The translations under genes were made by a program, and so were the position numbers. From a virus, in IMG/VR virus record IMGVR_UViG_3300045119_000200, positions 1 to 64,000 of that record: DNA of 64,000 nt; one strand, given 5' to 3'. This document shows positions 46,508 through 56,128 of the stretch, piece after piece. The notes under the pieces are model-generated. The model did not search any database and was not told the origin of the DNA. It was given only the letters and a program-made list of their open reading frames with translations. Every line of letters begins with the position of its first letter. Positions within the stretch are counted from its first letter, which is position 1.

Positions 46508-47563
46508 TTATTTATCAAGCCTAATTCCAACACAAACGGGGAATCTTGGAATTCCGTCTTCAGAATATTCAAAGAATCTGATCTCCCCTGTTTTACCGAT
46601 ATAGTCCTGTTTATTAATTAAAATGTTTGCTCTTTCTTCGTGTGAAAATCTCATTCCACAACCGAACGTTCTTCCGTCTTCAAGCTTACAAATAAAACTG
46701 CCGTGTTCCGGACGTTTCTCTGAAGGTTTTACATCAACGATCTCACAAGCAATATCTTGAAAATCTTTGAACTTCAGGAGTGAACCCGAACGTTTGTTAG
46801 GTTCGTAGCCAGTGTCACCCCATCGAATGATTGTTCCTTCATATCCCTGTTCTAAAAACTCATTGTGCTTCTGTAACAATTCTTCTTTATTCTTTACAAG
46901 AAATGTAGGGACCAATTCGATGTTTTTAGGTTTTTCTTTATCGATAAGATAATTTAAAGCTGCATACCTTTTATCAAAAGGTAAATCCATAATAATATCA
47001 TATACGTGATACTTCACCTGTTCTGATTCTCCTTCGCGATATTTCTTGATCAATTCCATATTTCGTTCGAAGGATTCTCCATGAGCATATAGTTCTCCGT
47101 CAAGAATGTTAGAGAACTTTGGAATATCTTCAGCGATATGATTCATTGTTGTGATTACCTTACCGGTTCTGGATACAAGTTCATCTCTTTTCTTTAAAGA
47201 TCTCATTCCATCCAATTTCGGTTGAACATAGAAAGGATATTTTACTTTCTTTTCTTCTTTCTTAAAATCCTTTGCCAACATCGGGAGAATTAAATCTCCT
47301 GTCATTGCTTCAGCTTCAGTTTCGTAATATCCTTCTTCTAATTTCTTCTTCACCTTAGCATTGAATTCTAAAACGGCCTGTTCTTCAGCAGTTGTCTCAT
47401 TCGATCTACCAATGTTCTTCCCAACACATTCGCTACGATTAATAACTGATTTATCGCTTCCGACTAAACCACTGGTTTGAACAATTGTACTTCCTTCAAC
47501 GGATAAACCGATGAATCTCATTTTCCCTTTGGAATCTACTTTAAATACTTGTTTGTATGTCAT
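46508..47563 (-). CDS. ATP-dependent DNA ligase
   Basis: PMLA, QPKLDGMR, LDGELY, GYEG.I.R, KRS..LLK.K, PRFP. Confidence 0.95.
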   Translation of the reverse strand: MTYKQVFKVDSKGKMRFIGLSVEGSTIVQTSGLVGSDKSVINRSECVGKNIGRSNETTAEEQAVLEFNAKVKKKLEEGYYETEAEAMTGDLILPMLAKDFKKEEKKVKYPFYVQPKLDGMRSLKKRDELVSRTGKVITTMNHIAEDIPKFSNILDGELYAHGESFERNMELIKKYREGESEQVKYHVYDIIMDLPFDKRYAALNYLIDKEKPKNIELVPTFLVKNKEELLQKHNEFLEQGYEGTIIRWGDTGYEPNKRSGSLLKFKDFQDIACEIVDVKPSEKRPEHGSFICKLEDGRTFGCGMRFSHEERANILINKQDYIGKTGEIRFFEYSEDGIPRFPVCVGIRLDK

Positions 47564-47813
47564 TGTAATTTATTTTTTCTTCATAAACATATCCTTCGAA
47601 TAAAATCTTCCCTTTATTTCCATAACGTCTGATCTTTCTCCGGAATCTAAATCTCTTTCCTTTCACTTCACAGAAGAAACTGATTCCTCCTGATGGCGAA
47701 TTGTGATCCCATCCAATTTTTCCATAAGGGAAGTACAGGATGAAATGTAGTATTGCATTAATTAAGCAATTACTTACAAATGTGTTTCTCTTTAAGTTTG
47801 TATGGTTCTTCAT
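47541..47813 (-). CDS. Hypothetical protein
   Basis: 90-aa ORF overlapping ligase start. Confidence 0.55.
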   Translation of the reverse strand: MKNHTNLKRNTFVSNCLINAILHFILYFPYGKIGWDHNSPSGGISFFCEVKGKRFRFRRKIRRYGNKGKILFEGYVYEEKINYNDIQTSI

Positions 47814-47842
47814 TGTTAAATTTTTTACATTTGATTACAAAC

Positions 47843-47872
47843 AAAAAGGATGCCAAAATCAATTGACATCCT
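47843..47872 (-). terminator. Intrinsic terminator after rlpA-like gene
   Basis: Minus strand AGGATGTCAA...TTGGCATCCT TTTT. Confidence 0.65.
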
Positions 47873-47876
47873 AAAA

Positions 47877-48209
47877 TTATAATTTTTTAATATAAACTTT
47901 CCCAACTCCTTGCTTCAGCGGAAACAATTCCCTGAATGCTTTGGGAGATAAATCAAGGCTCACTCCATGTTTTTCAAAGTCTCCTCTATCTGTGACCTTA
48001 ACCTTGATTTTTCGATGATCTTTTATCGACTGGACTTCTAATACCTCTCCGAGTTTATAAGCGGAGGAAGCCGCACACGTCATACCATTTCGGTCAAATA
48101 TCTGACCATTTGCCATTCGCCTTCCATGCAGATCATACCATTTTACTTTGTGGACTGGTTGGAACGTCAGAAATAACATTGTAACCAGACTCATTATAAA
48201 ATTTGTCAT
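47877..48209 (-). CDS. RlpA-like double-psi beta-barrel (lytic transglycosylase-like)
   Basis: HGR.MANG..F....TCA, V.VTDRG, DLS..AF..L..L..G; N-terminal signal. Confidence 0.88.
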   Translation of the reverse strand: MTNFIMSLVTMLFLTFQPVHKVKWYDLHGRRMANGQIFDRNGMTCAASSAYKLGEVLEVQSIKDHRKIKVKVTDRGDFEKHGVSLDLSPKAFRELFPLKQGVGKVYIKKL

Positions 48210-48263
48210 AACTGTTGTTTAATGAAAAAGGCCCTGACGAGCAGAGCCTTTTAAAATGATTTG

Positions 48264-48271
48264 CAAAGATA
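48264..48271 (-). promoter_or_regulatory. -7 promoter CGTATCTTTG for the rlpA-like gene
   Basis: Same extended motif as promoters of the virion module. Confidence 0.6.
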
Positions 48272-48281
48272 CGGATTATAT

Positions 48282-48509
48282 TTAGAAGTCAAGTTCTTCG
48301 AATAATCTGGAAATTGCATTTTTTCTATTCTCAAATCTGAATAGAAATTCTTCATCGTTTTTAATACTGTCTTTCGTTGATTGATCAAATTGGTCATGCA
48401 AAGCACTTAATTCTTCGAAAGACTCTTTCAACTTTTTAAACTTGTACAGATGTTGAACCATTTCTGAAGAAACATCAACAATCTGTTTCTTAAATTCTGC
48501 TTCTGTCAT
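48282..48509 (-). CDS. Small helical protein
   Basis: Similar to 48511-48732. Confidence 0.65.
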   Translation of the reverse strand: MTEAEFKKQIVDVSSEMVQHLYKFKKLKESFEELSALHDQFDQSTKDSIKNDEEFLFRFENRKNAISRLFEELDF

Positions 48510-48510
48510 A

Positions 48511-48732
48511 TTACATATCGTTTTCTTCGATCAGATCTTCATATCTTTTTCCAAGAGCTTTTACATCTTCATCGTTTTCAATAAGATCGTTAAAATAATC
48601 ATCGAATTCATCTTCATCGAATTCGTCGAACTTATCTTCAAATTCTTCTTTTATCACTTTGATAGCTTCTAAGTGTTCAATTACTTCTTTGGCTAATTTA
48701 ATGACCGCCTGTTTTACTTCTGCTTTGTTCAT
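48511..48732 (-). CDS. Small highly acidic helical protein
   Basis: FEDKFDEFDEDEFDDYF. Confidence 0.7.
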   Translation of the reverse strand: MNKAEVKQAVIKLAKEVIEHLEAIKVIKEEFEDKFDEFDEDEFDDYFNDLIENDEDVKALGKRYEDLIEENDM

Positions 48733-48899
48733 TTCTTCTTAATTTGTTTAGTATAATATTCGATCAGCTTCTCCATACGATCTTCATAAAATAAATCGAA
48801 CTCCTCGAAGCCGTCGTCATCTTTTTCCCACATATGGAACAAAACTGTTCTGAACCTTTTAGCAGGAGATTCTTTTGGTGCTTTTCTACTTCTTGACAT
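48729..48899 (-). CDS. 56-aa hypothetical protein (not in ORF track)
   Basis: MSRSRKAPKESPAKRFRTVLFHMWE...FY...MEKLI; coupled at both ends. Confidence 0.6.
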   Translation of the reverse strand: MSRSRKAPKESPAKRFRTVLFHMWEKDDDGFEEFDLFYEDRMEKLIEYYTKQIKKK

Positions 48900-49534
48900 T
48901 ATAGTAGTTTTAAAAATACTTGATAATATTCAGAGATCTGTTTAACGATTTTCTCAATCTTTTCTTTGACCTCGATCACTCGTTCCGGAGTAACTTTCTT
49001 TTCAACTTTCTCCCAACGATCACCGATCTTCAGTTCTTCACGTTTGAAGCCATTACCAGTTCTCTCAATAATAAACACATCTACTTCATCCGGTAAATAT
49101 CCCAATTCCTGTTCAATGGCTGCTGCATAGATGTCCAACTGAATGTACTTGTCACTATCATATTTTGGTCTGACGCTTTCAATAATACCAGTTTTATAAT
49201 CCGCAATAGCTTTACAGTTTTTTGTTGATGTATCAATATATCCGACAACATAATACTCGTCACCAAACCAAAGCTTGATCTTTCTTTCAAAATCATCATA
49301 TCTCGGAACTGTCATCAAAGTCTTCTGTTCGTCTTCATCGAATTTAGAAAAATCATTATGTTCCAATGCTTCACCAACATCATTCCCTTTTTCAGTATAG
49401 GAGTTACCAAGAAACTTTTCTTTGAAGAAATATCTACGGATATAATTCCGTAGACTTTCCTCAAAAGTAGATAACTGACTATATGATACGAACGGTTCCC
49501 CTGTTTCTTTATCTTTCGTCGGTAGTATCATCAT
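48899..49534 (-). CDS. PD-(D/E)XK (Cas4/RecB-like) exonuclease
   Basis: SYSQL, GYID, IADYKTG, QL.IY. Confidence 0.88.
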   Translation of the reverse strand: MMILPTKDKETGEPFVSYSQLSTFEESLRNYIRRYFFKEKFLGNSYTEKGNDVGEALEHNDFSKFDEDEQKTLMTVPRYDDFERKIKLWFGDEYYVVGYIDTSTKNCKAIADYKTGIIESVRPKYDSDKYIQLDIYAAAIEQELGYLPDEVDVFIIERTGNGFKREELKIGDRWEKVEKKVTPERVIEVKEKIEKIVKQISEYYQVFLKLL

Positions 49535-50469
49535 TTACAAAGTTCTTTTAATTCTTTTAAATTTTCTGCTGTGAACTTGGTTACTTTTCCTTTCGCTTTA
49601 CTTACCATAGCTTTAAGAATATCAAAAGCTTTCACTTTTTCATCTTCGTCCATAGCTTTGATTTTTTCAACCAATTCTTTTTTATGAGCAACTGTATATC
49701 TTGCTCCTGCGAATAATTGCTTGATAACTGGAATCTGTTCTTCATCTTCTGCCGGTAAAGAACTTACAGGTTCAAACGGTTCTTCGAATCTGCATTTTCT
49801 AATTACATTAGCAACAGTTAAAACATCTTTCTCACAATATCTGGAAATCCTTTCGATACCTCCTTCAATTGCTCCATAATAAACATCTCCTACTTGCGCT
49901 CCGGAAATATCATCTTTCGGAGAAGGAAGACCTAATGCTACAGCAATGTTGATTAACGAAGCAGGTGTTGGTGAAGATCCTTTCCAAATATCTTTCGTAT
50001 CCACAGCTGTTACTTCCCATGGTTTCAATGTCGATGTATCCAGTAACTCATGAGGTTCAACCTGATTAACCATACATCTTCGTGTAATAAACGGGATGTC
50101 GAAATAAATAATGTAATGACCTGCCAGACGAGTTTTTGAGTTCTTGTCTGTGAACTTATGAAGATCTTCAATGAACTCTGTTAAAAGTTCTTTCTCGTCT
50201 TCGTTGTTATAAGTCTTCAGCACCAAATTATCTCCTTTGGCATAACCCATTGTAATAACAGCAATTCGAGCGAATTCCGGATGTAAAGCGGCTTTGTCTT
50301 TGTAAGCGGCAATGAGTTCCTCACTGGTTGCTCCTTTCATCTCGTAGGTCATTTTATAGGCCCAGCTATCAAATAAAGGAGTATCGATTTGTAACTCGTC
50401 TTCTACTCTTACTGTTTCAATATCCAGAAACAGTAGATCTTTTATTAATAAATCAGTTAGTGCTTTCAT
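49531..50469 (-). CDS. Stand-alone PolB-type 3'-5' exonuclease
   Basis: FLDIET, FDIPFI, KPWE...DT..W, YCEKDV. Confidence 0.88.
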   Translation of the reverse strand: MKALTDLLIKDLLFLDIETVRVEDELQIDTPLFDSWAYKMTYEMKGATSEELIAAYKDKAALHPEFARIAVITMGYAKGDNLVLKTYNNEDEKELLTEFIEDLHKFTDKNSKTRLAGHYIIYFDIPFITRRCMVNQVEPHELLDTSTLKPWEVTAVDTKDIWKGSSPTPASLINIAVALGLPSPKDDISGAQVGDVYYGAIEGGIERISRYCEKDVLTVANVIRKCRFEEPFEPVSSLPAEDEEQIPVIKQLFAGARYTVAHKKELVEKIKAMDEDEKVKAFDILKAMVSKAKGKVTKFTAENLKELKELCK

Positions 50470-51403
50470 TGTTTTCTAAGTATTGTAAATACAATTTGTT
50501 TGTTAATTTAAATAACGTTTGATCATTCTCACACTGCATAACTCTCTGAACTGTTCCAGCCGGTGTTACCTGAGTCTGATACAATTTAATATGATTTCCT
50601 CCACAATTAGGACAAGTGTATTTTGCTTTATCATCAAACACACCTAAATGCATTTTATGTCCCATGTACTGACGTAAAGAAAGATAAAGATCTTCAGTTG
50701 TTAAAATATCCTGAATATTATAATCAACCATTTTCTTTAAATATTCTTTTTGTTGATCAGGAGTTCCATCTTCAATCATATCCCACATGATAATTCCTTC
50801 ATGTTGCTGTTTCTGTTGATCTAAACCGAAGAACTTCGCTGCATACTTCATTGAATAACTTGGAATTCTGAAAAGTCTTTTGAACTCTTTCTGAATATCA
50901 AATGATCTAATCATTGTGTTCACCTGCAATCTATATTTAGCAGCACGTGCATTGATCCATCTGTTATCGAAATTGTCGTTATTAACTCCGATTACCATAT
51001 CAGCTTTATTATATTCCGGAAGGAAATCCACCAACATTTGCTTATCGCTATGATCTTTATCCCAAGTCAAATAATGAACTTTATCTTCTCCAAGCCATTT
51101 CCAGCTAATTGAAATGATTTTTGGTTCAGTCTTCAACTTATCAAAACCAACGTATTGCTTTCCAGTCCAGAAAACTTTAGCAACGATCTGAGATGTTTCA
51201 ATATCGTAGATCATTACATTTGCTGAACTCACACGATTCTTCGGAAGAACATTCAGTTCTAATTTATTTGCCCATCCTCTAATTGTTCTTTCGGATACAC
51301 CAAAGAAACCGGCCAGAAAACCCTGAGCATATTCTTTAGTACTGTTTTCGTAATGGAATCGAATTAAATCCTTATTCTCTTCTGTAAGATTCTTAAACTT
51401 CAT
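50453..51403 (-). CDS. DEDD/RNase H-like exonuclease with N-terminal HTH and C-terminal Zn ribbon
   Basis: GVSERTIR.W, YDIET, N..NFD, YN.QD, CPNCG. Confidence 0.85.
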   Translation of the reverse strand: MKFKNLTEENKDLIRFHYENSTKEYAQGFLAGFFGVSERTIRGWANKLELNVLPKNRVSSANVMIYDIETSQIVAKVFWTGKQYVGFDKLKTEPKIISISWKWLGEDKVHYLTWDKDHSDKQMLVDFLPEYNKADMVIGVNNDNFDNRWINARAAKYRLQVNTMIRSFDIQKEFKRLFRIPSYSMKYAAKFFGLDQQKQQHEGIIMWDMIEDGTPDQQKEYLKKMVDYNIQDILTTEDLYLSLRQYMGHKMHLGVFDDKAKYTCPNCGGNHIKLYQTQVTPAGTVQRVMQCENDQTLFKLTNKLYLQYLENNESTN

Positions 51404-51572
51404 CTTTTATTGTTAAATTATTTTTTAGATCCTTTAGATGTTGAATTGCTAAATCAATATTCTTGATCGCTTCCTCAACATCGTCATCTGAAGCAGATTC
51501 ATAAACATTATCAATGTCAGTATGAATCTCTTCTGTGATGAAATACAAAGCTTTGCTTTTATTTTCGTCCAT
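51393..51572 (-). CDS. 59-aa acidic hypothetical protein (not in ORF track)
   Basis: MDENKSKALYFITEEIHTDIDNVYES... fills the gap between genes. Confidence 0.55.
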   Translation of the reverse strand: MDENKSKALYFITEEIHTDIDNVYESASDDDVEEAIKNIDLAIQHLKDLKNNLTIKDEV

Positions 51573-52053
51573 ATCCTTTTGCTTTTAAAATTTCTACAAC
51601 TTGTCTACAGTCTGCAACCGACATTGGTTTGAACAACATTGGTGCATTTCCTGAATTGTTTACCATGTGCTTGAACATTTTCCATCGTAATGGAAATGAT
51701 TCGTTTGCAAAACCTTTTGTTTCGATAACAAATTCCGGATTCTCAGGATCAGGTCCAACAAAGTCAGGAGTGTACTTCATAGCAAGTATTCTTCTCTTGT
51801 CTTTTAGTTCTGCATCCCTTTTCGGAGTTCTTTCGTAACACTCGATTGGATATGAAATGGGTTCAAGGATCACATATTCTTTCCCCTCGTATTTATTGGG
51901 GATTCCGGCTTCTTTAAGAAGTTCATGCATTCTACCTTCAAGATTGGATTTGAATTCAATTCCATCCATTAAATATTTTGCTGAATTTATCTTACGTCTG
52001 CTCTTTGGTTTTGAAGCCTCTGCTTTAGAGGCTTTCTTAACTATTTTTCTCAT
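51559..52053 (-). CDS. Endonuclease I-like / DUF1064-like nuclease (candidate Holliday junction resolvase)
   Basis: DGI.FKS.LE, YTPDF, IETKG. Confidence 0.82.
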   Translation of the reverse strand: MRKIVKKASKAEASKPKSRRKINSAKYLMDGIEFKSNLEGRMHELLKEAGIPNKYEGKEYVILEPISYPIECYERTPKRDAELKDKRRILAMKYTPDFVGPDPENPEFVIETKGFANESFPLRWKMFKHMVNNSGNAPMLFKPMSVADCRQVVEILKAKGYGRK

Positions 52054-53181
52054 TTATTTAACACCGAAGCCTATTGCTCTTCGTTCTTTTTGAGACGTGC
52101 TGGCTCCATCGTTCATATTGAAGATTTCAGCAACTGTCATTGGCTTATTAATTTCCCCTTCGATATTGTTTTCTTCAGCGATTCTTTTTGCTTTTTCAAT
52201 ATCCAGAGGACCAAAATCATATTCAGCGATCAATCTACCTTTTCTTAATAAAGCTGAGTCGATATTTTCGATGTCAGCATTAAATGTAGCGATGATCTGA
52301 AGTTCTAAAACATCGGAGAGAATACCATCGGAGAGATTCAAAAGTGATGAAATCACATTGTTTCCTTCTTTCCTGTCTTTCAAATATGTCTCACAATCTT
52401 CTAAAACTAAAACTGATCCTTTGTTCTCAATAAGCCCACTGATAAAGGAAGGATCGTCTAAATGAGCAATCATGCTCTGAGTGATGTAGATGAATTTTTT
52501 ATCCGGAACATCAATAGTAAGATTTTTGATCAAATTGGTTTTCCCTGTTCCGGCTGCTCCATGAAATAAAATAATTCCTTTCCCTTCTTCACCTGTTTTT
52601 CTCAATGTTTCAACAACATGATCATAAACTGGTCTGAAATCATCATTGTACATTTTATCAATGTCAATCGCTAAAGGTTTGATTTTCTTTCTTTTGAATT
52701 CAAATCCACTCATTGTTTTAAGAACAACGAAAATCACAGCTTCATCTCCTTTCTGCTGAAGAAAACAGTCATTCAGTTCTTTGGTCATTTTGTTACAAAG
52801 AGCCATGTCTTCTCCATCGAAATACACGTAATCAAGTCTGAAATCACCAGATTTAAAATCATATTTTGTCGTTGCATCATCTTCACTGATGTTCGGACTG
52901 ATCAGAATATAATAATCGTGTTTCTTACTTTTGTAACATTGTTGATAAGCAAAGAATTCTTTTTCTTGTCTGTAATGTTCGAAATAAACAATGTTATCGA
53001 CAACTTCAAAATGTTTGAAAAACTTTTCTTTAATTGATAACACTCTTTCATTTACCGGAAGCTGTCTCAGCCCCAAGCTACTAAAAATATTATAAGGACC
53101 AGCTGGAACGCCTGATACAATAACTGTATCTCGATTACCATCTAAAAGATGTTTTGCTCCTCTATCATATTCTATTTTCAT
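52054..53181 (-). CDS. AAA+ ATPase
   Basis: GAAGTGKT, VLEDCE, LLN.SDG, ID.ALLRKGR, terminal IGF. Confidence 0.9.
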   Translation of the reverse strand: MKIEYDRGAKHLLDGNRDTVIVSGVPAGPYNIFSSLGLRQLPVNERVLSIKEKFFKHFEVVDNIVYFEHYRQEKEFFAYQQCYKSKKHDYYILISPNISEDDATTKYDFKSGDFRLDYVYFDGEDMALCNKMTKELNDCFLQQKGDEAVIFVVLKTMSGFEFKRKKIKPLAIDIDKMYNDDFRPVYDHVVETLRKTGEEGKGIILFHGAAGTGKTNLIKNLTIDVPDKKFIYITQSMIAHLDDPSFISGLIENKGSVLVLEDCETYLKDRKEGNNVISSLLNLSDGILSDVLELQIIATFNADIENIDSALLRKGRLIAEYDFGPLDIEKAKRIAEENNIEGEINKPMTVAEIFNMNDGASTSQKERRAIGFGVK

Positions 53182-55244
53182 AATTCTATTTTTGGTTTAC
53201 GAACCGGACTAGGTTTAATAACAGCTGGCCTACCATATTTTTCAATAAGCCAATCCTGTTTACAATCATCAAATTGTCTTTGAGTCGGGATCTTGTTAAT
53301 ACAAAATTTTAAATATTTTTCTTCTGCTTTAGCAGCTTTTTCAGCTTCTCTTGCTGCTCTTCTTTCATTCTCAATACGTTCAGCCGTTCCATCGATAACA
53401 TGGATAATTTTATAACATTCTGCGATATAATAATCGTAATCAATATTATATTCATCAAATGGTTTTTCAACGAATTTATTAAAAACTGTCACCTTTCTTC
53501 CACCTGCTTCAATCAATTCTGATTTCTCAGGGGTTGATTTGGTGAATAATTGTCCATCTGTAGAAACAAAATATCTATTGTTTTTCTGCTGCAACACTCT
53601 GTTTCCTCCGTCTTCATCATGGGTTTCGGCAATCCATCCTTTTGAGATATTCGCCTGTTTACCAAAATCATACAAATTCGTACACGATGTTACTGTTTCT
53701 TCTACAGGAACATTTTCAAAATAAAACTTCTCCAACGCATAAGCAACAATCGGTTGATTCAATGCTTTATGATAAGTTTCTTCTTCTAACATTTGAGCGT
53801 AAGTAACGAACGCTCCTTTTCTCTTGATCTTTCCTTTAGCGGATTTCGAAGCGTAGTTGTTGACATCACGAATAATCATTTTGTCATATGCAACATACTC
53901 CAATCCAAGGTGAGTGTGTTCTTCCCATGCTTGACATGTGTTGTAGAACAATCTTTTTTTGCTTTCCGGAATCATGACAGTGATACCATCGGTATTGATC
54001 TGTAACATTTTTAGTTCCGGAATCGCAAGCTTAACTCTTTCAGAAAGCATACAAAGACCAAGTTGACCAGCGATCGTTGTTTTGATCGTATATAACGGAT
54101 CATACAACCAGCTGAATTCTGAGTTCGATTTCCCATACACTGAGTTAGCGGATAATTTAAATCCGTTTGTCATCACCTTATCACCTTCAGCTTTCGCTTT
54201 CAGTCTTGGTTTAACAATTCCATCTTCGTAGACAGTTACAAACTCTTTTCCTAAGTGGGCAGGGAAAATACCTAATGCTATTGCTAAAGATGGATACAGA
54301 GAGTTAACATCAATGTCAACAATGATCCATCCGTCTTTTGATTCATAAACACCGGCTCTGGTACATCCATGTATTCCACCGGTCCCTAAATCAAATGTAA
54401 ATCCTTCATGTTCAAATGAATACTTGAAAGATCCTTTTAATTCCGTCACCACAATTCCTTCCAGATATTTCTGAAGTTCAAGGAATTCAGGTGTTTTAAA
54501 GTCTAAGAACCAAGGTAGGATTTCTTTAAATTTAAAAACCTTTCTTGGAGTTCTCAGCTTTCTTACTTCAGATTCTTTTCTACCAGTTGCCTCGCAGTAA
54601 AGTTTCAGAGTAAGTTCTTCCCCGATCTTCGAATCGGAAAAGTTCATGCATCGTAGTCCGTATTTATTATAAAGACCTTTGCGAAGTTCTATCTTTTCAA
54701 GAGTCTTGGTATAAAAATCATATGTAGACAAAACATCATTTAAGTTATAATCAAGAATTTCCTGTACCTGTTCATATGTTTCAATCGTATCTGTATGTTG
54801 ATACGGCATATCCTGTACATTTGGATAACGCAAAGCAATCTGAAGTTTTTTCAAACTGGTCATCCTTGCTTTATTATCATAATGCCAGATCTTAAACAGA
54901 TCTAATTGAGGAACTTTGATAAACTTATCTTTGACATTAGGCCATTGATCTTTAATTGTTTCCTGAGCGCACTTGTAGATCAACTTAGCAATTTGATCTC
55001 CTGAGAGATGATCCCAGTTATATCCTTCATTCATAATAAAGTGAATAACTGGGTAGTCAAATCCAAGATTGTTGAAGCCTATTCCGCCTCCACAACTTTC
55101 TAAATGTTCTAATAATTCTGGGAGTTGATTCACATCACCCCAGATAACGAACTGAACTACTTCCTTCGTTTCCCTATTCTGCGCAGTGTAAGTGAACAGA
55201 TTGGAAATCGTTTCGATGTCATAAGTCCAGACTCCGTTTGTCAT
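53178..55244 (-). CDS. polB: DNA polymerase, family B
   Basis: Exo YDIET, GFN...FD, YN.NDV; pol DVNSLYP, K...NS.YG, NTDG, DVNNY, KRKG. Confidence 0.92.
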   Translation of the reverse strand: MTNGVWTYDIETISNLFTYTAQNRETKEVVQFVIWGDVNQLPELLEHLESCGGGIGFNNLGFDYPVIHFIMNEGYNWDHLSGDQIAKLIYKCAQETIKDQWPNVKDKFIKVPQLDLFKIWHYDNKARMTSLKKLQIALRYPNVQDMPYQHTDTIETYEQVQEILDYNLNDVLSTYDFYTKTLEKIELRKGLYNKYGLRCMNFSDSKIGEELTLKLYCEATGRKESEVRKLRTPRKVFKFKEILPWFLDFKTPEFLELQKYLEGIVVTELKGSFKYSFEHEGFTFDLGTGGIHGCTRAGVYESKDGWIIVDIDVNSLYPSLAIALGIFPAHLGKEFVTVYEDGIVKPRLKAKAEGDKVMTNGFKLSANSVYGKSNSEFSWLYDPLYTIKTTIAGQLGLCMLSERVKLAIPELKMLQINTDGITVMIPESKKRLFYNTCQAWEEHTHLGLEYVAYDKMIIRDVNNYASKSAKGKIKRKGAFVTYAQMLEEETYHKALNQPIVAYALEKFYFENVPVEETVTSCTNLYDFGKQANISKGWIAETHDEDGGNRVLQQKNNRYFVSTDGQLFTKSTPEKSELIEAGGRKVTVFNKFVEKPFDEYNIDYDYYIAECYKIIHVIDGTAERIENERRAAREAEKAAKAEEKYLKFCINKIPTQRQFDDCKQDWLIEKYGRPAVIKPSPVRKPKIEL

Positions 55245-55888
55245 TAGAATTTTTTACCTCCGTTTTTTAATCTGTTCTCTTGCTTATGATCTGCTCTTTG
55301 AGCGTTGTAAGCCAATTTCTCAACTATTGCTCCACCAAGATCATAACCCCAACGACCACAATAATCAGCGATTCTGATCACAGCGTCTGCCAATTCTACT
55401 TCTGGCATTGGTCTGTTTGGTAAATGGTCATCCATCAATCCTTTTCTTTCACCTTCCATTGCTTCAGAAATCTCTGAATGGATTAAGCAAAGCATCTCCG
55501 CTCTATTTCTGTCAAGAAGCTGACCTGTTCCGACTGCTGTATGCCAACCACCTGCGTACGAAGCTTTATAACAAACATCAACTAATGTGTTGACAGATGT
55601 AGCCAAAGCAGCGTCTTTTTGGGTATGCATTTCGTCCAAATTTCCATTATCTTCAATTTCTGGTAGGATTATATCAGAAGTGTCAATCGAATCGATTTTT
55701 TCACGATTTGTATCTTTTTTCCATTCTCTGATCCATAAAGCAGATAAAATGAAATTTGCAATACCATATGTGATGTCAATCCAAATCAATGAACCATTAA
55801 GATAACTTCCCGTTACAGAAACGATACTGAGGATTATAAGTGCGATCGGAAGCCAAAGCCCGAATAGGCTATCAAAAAATTTTCTCAT
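55244..55888 (-). CDS. MazG-like NTP pyrophosphohydrolase with N-terminal TM segments
   Basis: LIHSEISEAMEG.RK, ELADAVIRI.D, K..YN..R. Confidence 0.85.
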   Translation of the reverse strand: MRKFFDSLFGLWLPIALIILSIVSVTGSYLNGSLIWIDITYGIANFILSALWIREWKKDTNREKIDSIDTSDIILPEIEDNGNLDEMHTQKDAALATSVNTLVDVCYKASYAGGWHTAVGTGQLLDRNRAEMLCLIHSEISEAMEGERKGLMDDHLPNRPMPEVELADAVIRIADYCGRWGYDLGGAIVEKLAYNAQRADHKQENRLKNGGKKF

Positions 55889-55891
55889 TGT

Positions 55892-56128
55892 TTAATTTAT
55901 TTGTTGTACTGTTAATATCTGTTTAAACACTAAATTTATTTCATTAAGAGTATATGGATAATTTGTCCCATTAATAATAAGATCTAAATTAACTCTTTTA
56001 CTCCAAGCTTTACCTACAGGCATCTCAATCTTGAACACATCGTGTTCTTTTAGTTGGGAGAAACCCTTTCGAGTTGTTGACTTTTTAATATCAACGACTG
56101 AAAAGGTTCCGGATAATTTGTTAATCAT
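55892..56128 (-). CDS. Hypothetical protein
   Basis: Coupled ORF. Confidence 0.6.
   Translation of the reverse strand: MINKLSGTFSVVDIKKSTTRKGFSQLKEHDVFKIEMPVGKAWSKRVNLDLIINGTNYPYTLNEINLVFKQILTVQQIN

Noticed and set aside
47841-47855. Fourth sigma54-like motif TGGCAT-CCTTT-TTGT
   Set aside because: Better explained as the 3' arm and U-tract of the terminator after the rlpA-like gene.
38584-53984. Intragenic ATGACAGTGAT matches (about 38584 and 53974; partial at 842)
   Set aside because: Inside coding sequence and not at gene starts; compatible with chance.
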